DNA of 63,414 nt, filler included, from 4 parts of 4 records of this genome joined end to end with filler, not necessarily neighbours in it, one strand, 5' to 3'. Positions 28,862 through 39,910 are shown, numbered from the whole stretch's first letter. Made by a program: numbers and translations. Notes: generated by a model not told the origin, from the sequence alone.

Positions 28862-29818
28862 TTAATCAACCTTAATAACAAACGTGATTTTCCCAGTGGA
28901 AAATTCAGCTGCAGCTCCACCTTGCTTTTTGAAAGAGATCTGGTTGACTACCTGACGGTAATAAGCAAGTACATCATTGGAAACATTGTATTCCAAGGGA
29001 ACTGCCTGCACTACTCTACCCAAATCGTCAATGGTAATTTTAAAAACAATTCTACCATTTCGTGTAGATACTCTATCATTAATATTAGGTCGCTGCGCGA
29101 AATCCCATCCTGCAAGATCTAAGCTGTAACCATCACCAGAGTTAGCTCCTTTTCCAGACCCAACACCCATGATTGCTCTTCCGTCAACCGTTCCTTTCGG
29201 ATCCCCCTCATCACCTTTTTCCTTAGATGTTCCTTGAGCTCCACCAGAAGCTGGAGTAGTTCCTTTACCTGAAGTCCCACCTGCACCAAAGATTGCTCTT
29301 TGATCGATTTTTGGTTTTTCAGGAGCTTTTTGCACAGTCTCTTTTTCTTCAGCTTTTGCTGGAGTTTCCACCGGTTTAGCCACTTCTTTCTTAACTGGCT
29401 CAGGTTTTTTAGTTTGTTCTGTAGCTTTCTCCTCTCCTCTGATCGGAGAAGGCTTCGTAGTGACAGCCTTATTCACAGAAGGTTTTGGCTGAGCTGTAGG
29501 CTTAGCCGTTTCAGTTTTTGGACTTGGGGGAGGTGTAGCTGGTTGAGTTACCACTTCAGCGACTTGGCCTGGAGCAGCATCTTCTACTACTGGTGTTGGA
29601 GTTTCAGATGGAGGTGCAGGACTATTTCTTTCACCTGAACCGGTCGGTGTAAATCCTAGGTTCAATTCCAAACCAAAAGTTGGCAAGGGTGGAACGGGCT
29701 GCTTCCAGACCACAATAAAATAGAGCGCAATCAAAAGCAACACGTTGAAGATAATAGTGATTATCCACGATTTCTTTTTGCTTTCACTCTCTATTTTATC
29801 TGCATTCCAGTATTCCAT
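28862..29818 (-). CDS. Energy transducer TonB-like protein
   Basis: N-terminal TM helix, long Pro/Lys/Glu-rich spacer, C-terminal TonB-like domain; directly downstream of exbB-exbD. Confidence 0.85.
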   Translation of the reverse strand: MEYWNADKIESESKKKSWIITIIFNVLLLIALYFIVVWKQPVPPLPTFGLELNLGFTPTGSGERNSPAPPSETPTPVVEDAAPGQVAEVVTQPATPPPSPKTETAKPTAQPKPSVNKAVTTKPSPIRGEEKATEQTKKPEPVKKEVAKPVETPAKAEEKETVQKAPEKPKIDQRAIFGAGGTSGKGTTPASGGAQGTSKEKGDEGDPKGTVDGRAIMGVGSGKGANSGDGYSLDLAGWDFAQRPNINDRVSTRNGRIVFKITIDDLGRVVQAVPLEYNVSNDVLAYYRQVVNQISFKKQGGAAAEFSTGKITFVIKVD

Positions 29819-29822
29819 TGCT

Positions 29823-30212
29823 TTAGAATGGTTTTGTTGCTATTGAAACATTTGCTTCTAATCCTGCTGCAATTCCTCCGATCTCCACAAGGTACTCAAC
29901 TGGTACATCTTTGTCTATGTGCAACACGACCTGACCTTTCTTATCCTTAAGTAAAGAAGTCAATTCTCCCTTAATTTGTTCCCTCGGTACGATTCGATCG
30001 TTAACTGAATATTTAAGATCCTTAGTAACTGTAACGGTAACTTCCTGCATTACGATGTCTGAAGTCTCGCTAGAAGGCAAATTGACAGGTAAGCCAGAAG
30101 GCGTGATGAAGGAGGATGTAAGCATAAAGAAGATCAACAACAGGAAAATAATGTCTGTCATTGATGACATGCTAAATGCTGGATCTACTTTATTTTTAGC
30201 TTGAAGTCCCAT
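29823..30212 (-). CDS. exbD: ExbD/TolR-family biopolymer transporter
   Basis: SMTDIIFLLLIFFML, VNLP. Confidence 0.93.
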   Translation of the reverse strand: MGLQAKNKVDPAFSMSSMTDIIFLLLIFFMLTSSFITPSGLPVNLPSSETSDIVMQEVTVTVTKDLKYSVNDRIVPREQIKGELTSLLKDKKGQVVLHIDKDVPVEYLVEIGGIAAGLEANVSIATKPF

Positions 30213-30217
30213 AGTAA

Positions 30218-30904
30218 TTAGTCTTGAAGCAAATCAATAAATTCTATTGAAGAATATTCCATGTTATGGACAAGCTTCGACACTTTCGATACTAGAAAAT
30301 TATAACCTAAGTAAGCAACAATACCTACCACCAAACCTGCAGCAGTAGTGATCATAGCTTCATAGATACCTTCTGAAAGAAGCTTAGGAGAAACCATTCC
30401 TTCTTCCTGTGCTATCGCTATAAATGCTTGAATCATACCAGCAACCGTCCCTAAAAATCCAATCATAGGAGCTGCACCTGATACAGTGGCTAAGAGATTC
30501 AAATTTTTCTCCAATTTATAAATCTCGATTTTACCCACATTTTCAATAGCTACTTCGATATTTTTCAATGGAGAACCAATTCTCTCCACTCCTTTTGCTA
30601 TCATATTTGCTACCGGAGTATGTTCACCAGCACAAAGAATTTTGGCTTTTTCAGTTTGGCCACTTTGCACGAGCACTCGCACCTGATCCATCAAATGAGT
30701 AGACGTTTTGGATGCTTTATTGAGGGTGATTAATCGCTCGACAAAAATGAAAATCGCAAGAATGAACAATAAGTAAAGCGGAACCATCATGTAACCGCCT
30801 TTGATTAAAAGGTCAAGAAGTCCTATATCAGTATTGGTGGCACCCATCGCCAGGCTATCTGCTGCAGAAAGTGTATCTGTAGAGAGCGTTTGAAGTAGAA
30901 TCAT
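30218..30904 (-). CDS. exbB: MotA/TolQ/ExbB proton channel protein
   Basis: APMIGFLGTVAGMI, GIYEAMITTAAGL. Confidence 0.93.
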   Translation of the reverse strand: MILLQTLSTDTLSAADSLAMGATNTDIGLLDLLIKGGYMMVPLYLLFILAIFIFVERLITLNKASKTSTHLMDQVRVLVQSGQTEKAKILCAGEHTPVANMIAKGVERIGSPLKNIEVAIENVGKIEIYKLEKNLNLLATVSGAAPMIGFLGTVAGMIQAFIAIAQEEGMVSPKLLSEGIYEAMITTAAGLVVGIVAYLGYNFLVSKVSKLVHNMEYSSIEFIDLLQD

Positions 30905-30905
30905 A

Positions 30906-31700
30906 TTAATATTTCAAAATCCATAAATCCTCTGTGTACTGATCTTTAACTCGAGCTAACTCCTCATTAATGGCTGTCCAGCCTCTTGAAGTTCCTATAG
31001 CCAAACGATAGTTTGTGACATCTTCGTATGGCGTAATCAGATAAACTGTCTCTGCTCTGCTCTTATATTTCTCTGCTTCTTCCAAAGCTAAAGCCTCATT
31101 TGGGAGGCTTCCTACGATAATATAGAATTGAGGTCGATCAGCTTTTTCTTCAACTCGAACCAAAGTTCCTGATACCTCTGACGCAATAGTTGTACCAGTT
31201 TGGACTGATTCTGCGACAGGCGAAACAGAAGTTATAGAATCTGAAATAGTTTGTTGATTATCAATTATTTGTAATTCCTCAGTTGGGGTAGAATTGATGG
31301 CAACTTCATCTTTTTCTTCCCCTGCAGCAGCTTCCCTTGATTGAGCCACTACCTCTTTAGATTCTGAAACTGGCATTACAGATTTATTCATTTGCCAGAT
31401 AATAACTACAACTACTGCCAAAGCTAAAAGAGCTGCGATCCAAACCCAGGAATTATTGGATTTCTTTTGCTCTACTTTTTGTGCTTTTTGCTCAGGTTTA
31501 GAGACTTTTTCTGCTTCGACAAATGAAGGTTTTACAGATTGTATTGTTCTCTTTTTAACTTCACTTACATCAACTGGAGCTATAACTTCTTCCTCTTTCT
31601 TAGCTGCCTCAGTTTGAGTCAAAGGCACAACTTCTACATAAGGAAGCCCATAGTCTTTTGGATCTGTCCAATGCTTATTACCTGTAGTTTTATCAGTCAT
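30906..31700 (-). CDS. Membrane-anchored SPOR-like domain protein
   Basis: Single TM helix, low-complexity linker, C-terminal FYIIVGS...YRLAIG...WILKY. Confidence 0.75.
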   Translation of the reverse strand: MTDKTTGNKHWTDPKDYGLPYVEVVPLTQTEAAKKEEEVIAPVDVSEVKKRTIQSVKPSFVEAEKVSKPEQKAQKVEQKKSNNSWVWIAALLALAVVVVIIWQMNKSVMPVSESKEVVAQSREAAAGEEKDEVAINSTPTEELQIIDNQQTISDSITSVSPVAESVQTGTTIASEVSGTLVRVEEKADRPQFYIIVGSLPNEALALEEAEKYKSRAETVYLITPYEDVTNYRLAIGTSRGWTAINEELARVKDQYTEDLWILKY

Positions 31701-31769
31701 CTCTATCGGGGAATGTTACGAAACTAAACGAAATGAGCCTAAACCCCAACCCAAAGCCTTAAACAAATC

Positions 31770-33488
31770 TTAGAATTTAAAAGAAGCTCCACCAATAAAC
31801 TGAATTCCTCTTGTAGGATAGTTTAACCACCGCATATTTTTACCATTAAGTAGGTTGTTTCCTTCGGCAAAAATTGAAATTCTATCAGTAATTCCGTAAT
31901 CTGCTTTTAGTTGCAGATCAGCGATGGTCTTCAATTTCACTACTTCGAAAGGTCCACTTTCTCCAAAAATATCACTCATATCATGACCACGAGCTTTGAT
32001 CCCGCCCATTAAATTCAAATTCGCCTGAACTATTAACCGCTGAATCGGAGTGAATTGATTATTAACTCTTAATTCCCAAACAGGTCTACTCCAAGCTTCA
32101 GCCTGTGTACTTAAATCGTATTGATAGAGATCCAATCTACTATTCAGAGAATACATGTCTGAGAATTTATAACCCAATTCTGCATTGATATTGAAAACTG
32201 TAGTCTTGTCATCATACACCAGACTGAACCTTGCTGAATCAGTTGTCACAAGGTTGTTAGTATAGTTATTCACAAAGAAGTGCATCTGATTGTAACGACT
32301 CATATTGATCGCGCCACGATAGCTAAATGCTCCGCCAAACTGACCTTCTATTCCTCCTTCTACCTTGTAATTCTGGATGGTATTAAGCAATTGATCACTT
32401 GGTCCCAAATAAGGGTTTTCACTTACAAAACTGTAGTAAGTATTTCTCTGAACATCTCCAGAGAATTCCGCAAAAAAGCCAAATTCCTCAGCAAACTGGT
32501 AATTCGCTTTCAATACAGGAAACACATGAAAATCACTTGATTTATCTTCCATAGAATCATTTTCTGAAACTAGATTCAATCCTGCTGTAAAGTTAAATGC
32601 TTCGTATTTATAGGAAATGGTAGGTCGAACAGCAAAATAGGTTCTTTTCAAAGAATAGTTTACATCTTCAGGACTCGTAGAAAAATAGGATAATCCCACT
32701 TTCCCAGCCCAATCTTCCGTAGGTCTAAAGGTCAAACTTCCCTCTGCACCAAACTGGTTTTCCTTCACCATATAGCTATCAGTAAAGTTTCTAAAACTCA
32801 ATTGGGCTTCATATGAAATCGGGCCAACTTTTTCTAATTCCCTGATACCTGCTTTCGCTTCAACTGCATGCAGGACATTTCCATCAAAGCCTTTAAATTG
32901 CCCAGTCTCATCCGTCAAATAATTTGGGTCTAATCCATAAAATTGATAGCTATCCTGATTCCAGCTCAGCCCTCCAAAAACCTCAAAAAAATCGGTGAAA
33001 TAGCTACCATCAAAACCCAAATTGGTATGTGCCTCTTTAGACTCCTCAGCCAAAACCGGCCCTTTCCCAAAACTCTGGTGGTTGAGCTGTAATGAATAAT
33101 TGAAGTCAGTAATGTCAGTTCCCATATACCTTGCCTCCAAAAGTGGAGAAGCAAAATTACCATACCCGGCTTTAATGTATCCTTGATACAAGTCCAGTCT
33201 CTCTGGCGTATACACTTTTTGTGAAGGTTCGGCCTTCAATTCCAAAGGTTTCAGATTTAAAGGGTAGCTGGTCACCAAATAATTATACTCGCTTAAACCT
33301 GTTGGCTTAGGCAAGACTGGAAGCTTTTCATACATCCTAGGCTGCACTGGCACTGTGAGTACACGGTCTTTTCTAATCACAAATTCCTGGTCAGTTACAG
33401 CTCCACGTTGCTGTGTTTGAGCCATAGCCCATCCGGATGTCAAACCGATAATCCCTGTCAAAAGGATAGTTTTCGCTAACTTTTTCAT
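31770..33488 (-). CDS. Outer-membrane beta-barrel protein (TonB-dependent-receptor-like)
   Basis: Signal peptide, GYGN motif, amphipathic strands, C-terminal GGASFKF; downstream of the large TPR gene as is typical in Bacteroidota. Confidence 0.8.
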   Translation of the reverse strand: MKKLAKTILLTGIIGLTSGWAMAQTQQRGAVTDQEFVIRKDRVLTVPVQPRMYEKLPVLPKPTGLSEYNYLVTSYPLNLKPLELKAEPSQKVYTPERLDLYQGYIKAGYGNFASPLLEARYMGTDITDFNYSLQLNHQSFGKGPVLAEESKEAHTNLGFDGSYFTDFFEVFGGLSWNQDSYQFYGLDPNYLTDETGQFKGFDGNVLHAVEAKAGIRELEKVGPISYEAQLSFRNFTDSYMVKENQFGAEGSLTFRPTEDWAGKVGLSYFSTSPEDVNYSLKRTYFAVRPTISYKYEAFNFTAGLNLVSENDSMEDKSSDFHVFPVLKANYQFAEEFGFFAEFSGDVQRNTYYSFVSENPYLGPSDQLLNTIQNYKVEGGIEGQFGGAFSYRGAINMSRYNQMHFFVNNYTNNLVTTDSARFSLVYDDKTTVFNINAELGYKFSDMYSLNSRLDLYQYDLSTQAEAWSRPVWELRVNNQFTPIQRLIVQANLNLMGGIKARGHDMSDIFGESGPFEVVKLKTIADLQLKADYGITDRISIFAEGNNLLNGKNMRWLNYPTRGIQFIGGASFKF

Positions 33489-33491
33489 GGT

Positions 33492-36482
33492 TTACTTAAG
33501 AGTTTGAAGTTTGGATTGAGCCATTTCTTTAATTTCTGCATTGGTAGAATTCTCTACGATTGATTCCAGAGTTGCTTTCGCTTGGAACTCCTCCCCGCTT
33601 TTCACATAGTTATCTGCCAAGAGCAGGAAGATCCTCCCATACCAGTAATCGTAATTGACAAATGGCCCAGACTGATCAAATATCAACTCATTCGACTGCG
33701 TTATTTCACCTTTTTCCTGTGAAGCTAATGCCAGCAAATAAAGCCCTTCAGCACCTTGCTCGGTTTTATAATCAGCTACCAAAGCAGTCAGCGTTAACTC
33801 AGCTTGAGGTTTCTGATTCAATGCATTCTGCGATTTCGCTTTGATCAGCAATGCCTTAGGTGAAGATTCTGGAATCACTCCATCTAAAGTCGCCAATCGC
33901 TCAGCTTGTGTGATTGCCTGTTGATATTTCCTAGTTTCAAAATTCGCAATCATCAAACCTTGAACCGCTTCTGCTTCTTCTGGTTTGCTGCGGGCATTTT
34001 GAACTGAAGTTTCGAGGTAAGGAATCGCTTGCGCAAAGTTTCCTCTTTCCAATTCTATCACACCTATCTTTTGCATAGCTCGAAGTCTCTGTGGCGAAGC
34101 TGGCTCATTTTCCAAGGTTTTAAATTGAACAAGAGCCTTCTCTGTATCTCCTACTTGCATATAACTATCTCCTAAGAAATAAAGCGCATCTGCACGCTGA
34201 GCTGACTGCGGATAGCTTTTCAGGTAATTTTCAAATCCTCGAATAGCCTGAGAATAGTTTTTATCGAAATAAGTACCTTTCGCAGCTTCGAACTCTAAAG
34301 ACTGAACACTTCCATTACTTGGATTTGCACCTTTATACTTTGTCAAATAATCTGAAAATTCACCAGATCTACCTTGAAGTGCTAGGGTTTCCTGAAGGCC
34401 TTTTAAAGCAGTTTCTGCATTTTCTGAATTTGGATGGTTATTCAGGATCGTACTGTAATCCTTAATCGTCTGATCGTAATTCTGAAGCGAGAAATTTGCT
34501 ACAGCTCTGCCTTCCAAAGCAAAAGGTACAAATGGACTATTCGGCTTGGAACTTAATAAATCAGAGAATGACACAGAAGCAGCTTGGTAGCTCGTCTCTT
34601 CCATGTAAATCTGCCCTCTCTGGAATAATGCATCTTCGTAGTAAAGACTATTTGGATAGCGAGAAATCAAGACATCCAATTGTCCTAACGCATCCTGATT
34701 TCTGGATTGAAAATTCTGAACAACTGCCAATCTGTAATAAGCATAATCCACACCTGAATTCCCCTCATTAATGGCCCGTTGGAAAGTAGAGGCGGCTTCA
34801 CCAAACCTCTTCTGTACGTAATAGCAATCCCCCAATCTCAAAAGTGCATCATCGTATTGCTGTTTATTAGCAATGATCTGTCTGTTCTCTGTAAATCTCC
34901 TGAATTGATCTTCCGCCTTTGAATATTGCTGGGTGTTGAAATAAGCGTAACCAAGTCCATAATAGGTTTTAGCGACAGTGCCATTATTTCCAGAAGGACG
35001 ATTGCTAAGCACCTGCTCGTAGGACTTGATAGCCTGCGGTAAATTATCAGCTGCAGAACTGATTTCCCCTTTCCAGAAGTAAGAGTCCAACACTAGGTTT
35101 TTATCAACTGGAAACTTCAATGACTTATCTAAATATGCCAACGCTGGGTTCCATTTCTGATCACGGTAGTAAACCATTGCCTGATAAAAAGCCACTTTCT
35201 GATAAGCCTCCTGTATTCTTGGAGACTTATTGGTAATTCTGTCCATCTGATCAATGGCACGTAAGTAATCGTTAGTATTTACAAGTGCTTCAGATAGTAA
35301 ATTCTCAGCTTCTGCCCTGTATTTTCCCGAAGGGTAATTGTCTATATATTCATCTAATGCTGTAATTGCATCCTGGAAACTTCCTTTCTGCAAGTTCACT
35401 TTAGCATAGTTAAAAATTGACTCTTCTTTGATAGTAGAATTAAAATCAGACTTCGCAGCTGACTGAAAACTAGTAGAGGCAAATTGATAATTCTCCAACT
35501 TCAAATAGGAATGAGCCAAGTAATAACTTGATGCTTGGCCAATCTCATCTGTAGAAGACGCGGACACTTTCAGATAATCCGTCGCACGTTGATAGTTTTT
35601 GATTTCAAACTGCGAAATTCCAGCTTTATAAATTTCATTTCTTCCTAGTTCCTCGCTAGGACGAGAATTAATGAAAGCGTCATAGTTTTCGGCAGCCTTT
35701 GGGAAATTTTTCTTTGCATAATACGCTTCAGCTAGATATAAATAGATCAAATCCTTTTTCTCCAAATTCTGACCATTCGTCAACTTAGGCTCTGCATAAC
35801 TGATCAACTGATCATAGCTGCCTTGCTTATAATACAGTGCTGCCAGTAGATAGGGAGCCTTATTGGCGTAATATGGGGACTGTGAAGCTGTTTGAAGGTC
35901 AGCAATTGCTTTTCCAGTATTCCCATTTTCCATTGCGATAAAACCACTGTAATAGTAGGAGTCAAAACTCGCCTGTTGATTTAATGCTTTTCCTTTATCA
36001 AAATATGGAGCAGCTTCTGCGTATTGATTCAACTGAAAATGAGAATATCCCTGCTTAAATAGTACTTCCGCTTGTTGCTCCAATGGTAACTTTTCTACAT
36101 CAACCAGTTTGTAGCTATCGATAGCCTCCGCGAAATTCCTTTTAAAGAAAAAATGATCTCCCAAATATAATCCCGCAGTAGTCACCGAGGGGTCGTTTCC
36201 GTGATCGTAAATGTAGCTTTTCATTAAACCAGGACCGTCAGGACTTTCTATTTGAAGTGCCGACATGGCTCGATTTAGTTCTGCAGCTTTTGCTTGCCCA
36301 GAGTTTACTGGTTTTTCAAGCAGTCTGGTATTATCATAAATACTTGCAGAAAAAAGCTGCTTATCAAAAAGGGCTAGATTGTGATCTAGCTTCTGCTGAG
36401 GACTGGTCTGATAGAGGCTAGACTGGGAATACGCCTCCATACTAAGTCCAAGGCTCGCAAGGAGCACAAGGTGATATTTCAT
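33492..36482 (-). CDS. Large tetratricopeptide-repeat protein
   Basis: Signal peptide and many TPR repeats (YYGLGYAYF, DALLRLGDCYY). Confidence 0.92.
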   Translation of the reverse strand: MKYHLVLLASLGLSMEAYSQSSLYQTSPQQKLDHNLALFDKQLFSASIYDNTRLLEKPVNSGQAKAAELNRAMSALQIESPDGPGLMKSYIYDHGNDPSVTTAGLYLGDHFFFKRNFAEAIDSYKLVDVEKLPLEQQAEVLFKQGYSHFQLNQYAEAAPYFDKGKALNQQASFDSYYYSGFIAMENGNTGKAIADLQTASQSPYYANKAPYLLAALYYKQGSYDQLISYAEPKLTNGQNLEKKDLIYLYLAEAYYAKKNFPKAAENYDAFINSRPSEELGRNEIYKAGISQFEIKNYQRATDYLKVSASSTDEIGQASSYYLAHSYLKLENYQFASTSFQSAAKSDFNSTIKEESIFNYAKVNLQKGSFQDAITALDEYIDNYPSGKYRAEAENLLSEALVNTNDYLRAIDQMDRITNKSPRIQEAYQKVAFYQAMVYYRDQKWNPALAYLDKSLKFPVDKNLVLDSYFWKGEISSAADNLPQAIKSYEQVLSNRPSGNNGTVAKTYYGLGYAYFNTQQYSKAEDQFRRFTENRQIIANKQQYDDALLRLGDCYYVQKRFGEAASTFQRAINEGNSGVDYAYYRLAVVQNFQSRNQDALGQLDVLISRYPNSLYYEDALFQRGQIYMEETSYQAASVSFSDLLSSKPNSPFVPFALEGRAVANFSLQNYDQTIKDYSTILNNHPNSENAETALKGLQETLALQGRSGEFSDYLTKYKGANPSNGSVQSLEFEAAKGTYFDKNYSQAIRGFENYLKSYPQSAQRADALYFLGDSYMQVGDTEKALVQFKTLENEPASPQRLRAMQKIGVIELERGNFAQAIPYLETSVQNARSKPEEAEAVQGLMIANFETRKYQQAITQAERLATLDGVIPESSPKALLIKAKSQNALNQKPQAELTLTALVADYKTEQGAEGLYLLALASQEKGEITQSNELIFDQSGPFVNYDYWYGRIFLLLADNYVKSGEEFQAKATLESIVENSTNAEIKEMAQSKLQTLK

Positions 36483-36588
36483 CTGTTTGTATTTTATTTA
36501 GTAGAGCCAGACGAAATCTCGAAAAGTGAAAATCATGTCATTCCGTGACATCCACGAGATACTCGATTTCATAGTGTGGCTTAGATAA

Positions 36589-37617
36589 TCAATGCAAAAT
36601 CTTGTAAACAAGCTCGCGGAGGTTTTCGGCTTCGCTCATACTTCCGGAGTCAACTCCTTTAAAACGAAGATCAGCCTCTTTGATGTATGCGAACACATCA
36701 ATTACCTTGCCCAAATTGTAGTTTCTGGACGCTACTAAATATTCTTTAACCACAAATGGAGGAAGCCCTAAAAGGCTGGCTAATTGCTGCTCACCTGCGC
36801 CATTTCTCTTGGCTTGGTGAATCAAAGCAATTCTGGTGAAGTAGTTAAACAACAGTGAAAACATAGGAATCACTGGATTTGCTTTAGGGTTTTGGATGAA
36901 GTAGTGTATGATTTTATTTGCTTTCACCACATCTTTAAACCCAATTGCATTTAAAAATTCAAAGTTATTGTAGTCTTTATTTATACCGATATACTTGGAA
37001 ATGTGCTCGTTAGTGATTTTTGTGGGTTCGCGAAAATTAATCAGCATCTTCCCTATTTCATTGGAAAGCACTTCCAGGTTATTCCCAATAGAATCAGATA
37101 AAAGTTGAGCTGAACGTTTATCTATTGAATGTTTAGTCTCTTTGATATAGCCTTCAATCCAATCAGTCAATTTATAATCTTTGACCTTTTCTGACCGCAC
37201 ATATACCGCTTTCTTATCAAGTTCTTTGTATAAGGCAGATCTGCCATCCAACTTTTTATACTTGTGAGCAAATACCAGAATCGTACTTGGTAGTGGATTT
37301 TGTACGTAGCTAATCAGCAGTTTTTGTGATTCCTCTTTGGTCAGGTCTGACAAGCTTTGAGCCTCCTTGATTATCACGACTTGCCGATCTGCCATCATCG
37401 GGAATTTCCGCGCATTATTGAGGATCAAACCCACATTTGAATCTTTTCCGTAGAGCACCACTTGATTAAAACCACGCTCATGCTCAGCAATTGCATTCTT
37501 TTCAATGTAGTCGGTAATCTGATCAATAAAGAACGGTTCCTCACCATCCAAAAAGTAAATTGGAGCAAACTTTTTCGCTTTCAGTTCTTTAAGTACAGCT
37601 TGTGGTTGTTGGGGCAT
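36589..37617 (-). CDS. holA: DNA polymerase III delta subunit
   Basis: PIYFLDGEEPFFID, FNQVVLYGKD, FPMMA, IKEAQ, GINKDYNNFE, DLRFKGV. Confidence 0.93.
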   Translation of the reverse strand: MPQQPQAVLKELKAKKFAPIYFLDGEEPFFIDQITDYIEKNAIAEHERGFNQVVLYGKDSNVGLILNNARKFPMMADRQVVIIKEAQSLSDLTKEESQKLLISYVQNPLPSTILVFAHKYKKLDGRSALYKELDKKAVYVRSEKVKDYKLTDWIEGYIKETKHSIDKRSAQLLSDSIGNNLEVLSNEIGKMLINFREPTKITNEHISKYIGINKDYNNFEFLNAIGFKDVVKANKIIHYFIQNPKANPVIPMFSLLFNYFTRIALIHQAKRNGAGEQQLASLLGLPPFVVKEYLVASRNYNLGKVIDVFAYIKEADLRFKGVDSGSMSEAENLRELVYKILH

Positions 37618-37737
37618 AAATCAGAAGTAATCTCAAGCCTTAAAGATAACAGGCCTATCCATTTGCGTGCAAAAACCTAAGAAAGATTCTTTGGTAAACT
37701 ATTCAGGCGTTAACTTTGTATTTAAAGGTGTAGATAG

Positions 37738-37884
37738 TTGGAAAGTGGAAAGGGTGGAAGTTTGAAAGGTGTTAAAGTTTTAAGTTATAAGATATAAGGG
37801 AAAATTGATTGATCGTAAGAAGTTTGATCATTAATAACAATTTGCACCCTCTGCGAAACCTCCGCGCACTCTGCAGTTAAATAA
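37738..37884 (+). repeat. Short degenerate intergenic repeats (GTTGGAAA-like units and CTCTGCG-type units)
   Basis: GTTGGAAAGTGGAAAGGGTGGAAGTTTGAAAGG and CTCTGCGAAACCTCCGCGCACTCTGCAG between holA and the TPR gene. Confidence 0.5.
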
Positions 37885-37890
37885 GAAATC

Positions 37891-38616
37891 ATGAGCTTCG
37901 AAAAAGGAATAGAATTATATAAATCAGGAAAGTTTGAGGAAGCATTGTCCATTTTCAATGGATTGGTCAAGGAAACGCCTAATCATCCACAGCTTCATTT
38001 GAACAGAGGAAGAATCCTCTCCCGAATGGGAAAAATTGAAGAAGCCTTGGTTGAATTTGATTTGATAACATCATTGGAGCCTTACAACACCGATTTCATC
38101 TCAGATAGGGCCGTAGTTTTGCATTTACTCAAACGAAATAAAGAAGCACTATCCGAACTTGACAGGGCTGCTAATCTTGATCCTAAAAATCCCTATCGAT
38201 ACAGTAGTCGTGCCTATTTAAAAGACAGAATCGGCGATTTGGAAGGAGCAATAGCAGATTATGAAAAAGCTATAGAACTAGATCCTGAAGATGCTGTTTC
38301 TCACAACAACAAAGGATTGGTAGAAGAGAAATTGGGATATCAAGCCAAGTCAAAGAAAAGCTTTGAAAAAGCCGATGATCTGATTGGCTACAAACCAACC
38401 GGAACTTCTATTCCAAATGCTAATCCGTCTAAAGAAAGCTCCGAACTTCCAAAAATAGGTTCTAAAACGAATGAAGAGCCGTTAGCACCAGCTCAAAAAA
38501 AGGAAATGACTTTTAACCATTTCTTTAACACCTTAGGTTCTGTTTTCAATAACGCACACACACGAAAAGAATTCGGCAACTATTTGAAAGGATTCTTCAG
38601 TGGCAAGAAAGGTTAA
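37891..38616 (+). CDS. Tetratricopeptide-repeat protein
   Basis: TPR repeats (GAIADYEKAIELDPEDA, HNNKGLVEEKLG). Confidence 0.9.
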   Translation: MSFEKGIELYKSGKFEEALSIFNGLVKETPNHPQLHLNRGRILSRMGKIEEALVEFDLITSLEPYNTDFISDRAVVLHLLKRNKEALSELDRAANLDPKNPYRYSSRAYLKDRIGDLEGAIADYEKAIELDPEDAVSHNNKGLVEEKLGYQAKSKKSFEKADDLIGYKPTGTSIPNANPSKESSELPKIGSKTNEEPLAPAQKKEMTFNHFFNTLGSVFNNAHTRKEFGNYLKGFFSGKKG

Positions 38617-38825
38617 CTGACTAATAGGTATATCCGCTATTGTCCCAGTATGGAGTCAAAATCAACAATGGATATGTTAAACTTAAGAATTGAGCCCGCT
38701 TAAGCCTGTCCCGCCAGTGCGGGAGTCATCGGCCTTCCTCCTAGATAGGCAAAGAATCCAAGGTGATTGGCATCTTTGCAGATAATAATAATGACTAACT
38801 CGCGAAATGTCCTAATTGGAAAGCA

Positions 38826-39668
38826 CTAAGCAGACTTTATCACCCAAAGTGGCTTATTGATAAAATAGGCCATTTTTTTTGAAAGACTTTTTGAAAAAAT
38901 CTGATCGAAAAATGACTTCTTTTCACTCAAAGTCACTAGCATGTCACCTTTAGCAGTTTGCAGGTAATTTTCCAATCCCAAGGCAATATCATCGCGGAAG
39001 GATTTTAAGACAAAATTGACTTTATCGTATTTAATGAATGGCTCAATCTCTTCCACCATTGTCTCGTGCAGTGACTTATCCAATGCTTTGTGCGTACCGC
39101 TGACATGGACTATATCTATCTCAGAATCAAAAAAACGTGCAAATTCAACAACCTTTTGAATTGCAATTTTATCCTCTTCTAGGTAATCACTAGCATAGAC
39201 AAGTTTTCTGGGCGCTTTGAAAAACACCTTCCTAGGGACCACTAGTATATCCCATTGTGACTGCTCCACTATCCTACTTGCTCGAGAACCTATAATATTT
39301 TCTCTAAAATCATTAACACCTTCCGTGCCTACCACAATTAAGCTCGTATTAATTTCTGAAGCATAATTGAGGGTTTCCTTGACGATGTTACCTTCCCTCA
39401 CGACAGAAGTACAGCTACGCAACCCCTTGTTTATTCCTTCCTTATTAACTGCTTTTTGCAAATTCTGAAGTTTTTCTAAAACAAAATCCATCTGATGTTT
39501 CCCATCAGTATCTGACGGTGACAGTTTTTGATAATCCTCCCGATTGAGCACATGAAATAGAATCAGATCCGCCTTGTACTTTTCTCCCAATCTCGTTGCA
39601 TATTCGATAGCATTCAAAGAGCATTCTGAAAAATCTGTAGGGCACAATATCTTAAAAGTCTGATCCAT
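38826..39668 (-). CDS. Universal stress protein (tandem USP domains)
   Basis: KILCPTDFSECS, LIVVGTEG, IIGSRAS, ILVVP. Confidence 0.92.
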   Translation of the reverse strand: MDQTFKILCPTDFSECSLNAIEYATRLGEKYKADLILFHVLNREDYQKLSPSDTDGKHQMDFVLEKLQNLQKAVNKEGINKGLRSCTSVVREGNIVKETLNYASEINTSLIVVGTEGVNDFRENIIGSRASRIVEQSQWDILVVPRKVFFKAPRKLVYASDYLEEDKIAIQKVVEFARFFDSEIDIVHVSGTHKALDKSLHETMVEEIEPFIKYDKVNFVLKSFRDDIALGLENYLQTAKGDMLVTLSEKKSFFDQIFSKSLSKKMAYFINKPLWVIKSA

Positions 39669-39728
39669 TTTATTTGTTTTTTATACTCTCTGATAAATTA
39701 ATATGTATATCCGCTTTTCTACCAGTAG

Positions 39729-39828
39729 NNNNNNNNNNNNNNNNNNNNNNNNNNNNNNNNNNNNNNNNNNNNTTAATTAATTAANNNNNNNNNNNNNNNN
39801 NNNNNNNNNNNNNNNNNNNNNNNNNNNN
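39729..39828. other. Artificial contig spacer
   Basis: 44 N + TTAATTAATTAA + 44 N. Confidence 0.98.
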
Positions 39829-39890
39829 CAAGGCTCTGATTCTCTTAGACTCAAGGCTAAATCTCTTAGTCTAATTCTAAATTCAATGAA

Positions 39891-39910
39891 CCCATGACTC
39901 AAGTCATGGG
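39891..39910. repeat. REP-like palindrome
   Basis: CCCATGACT-CA-AGTCATGGG. Confidence 0.65.
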
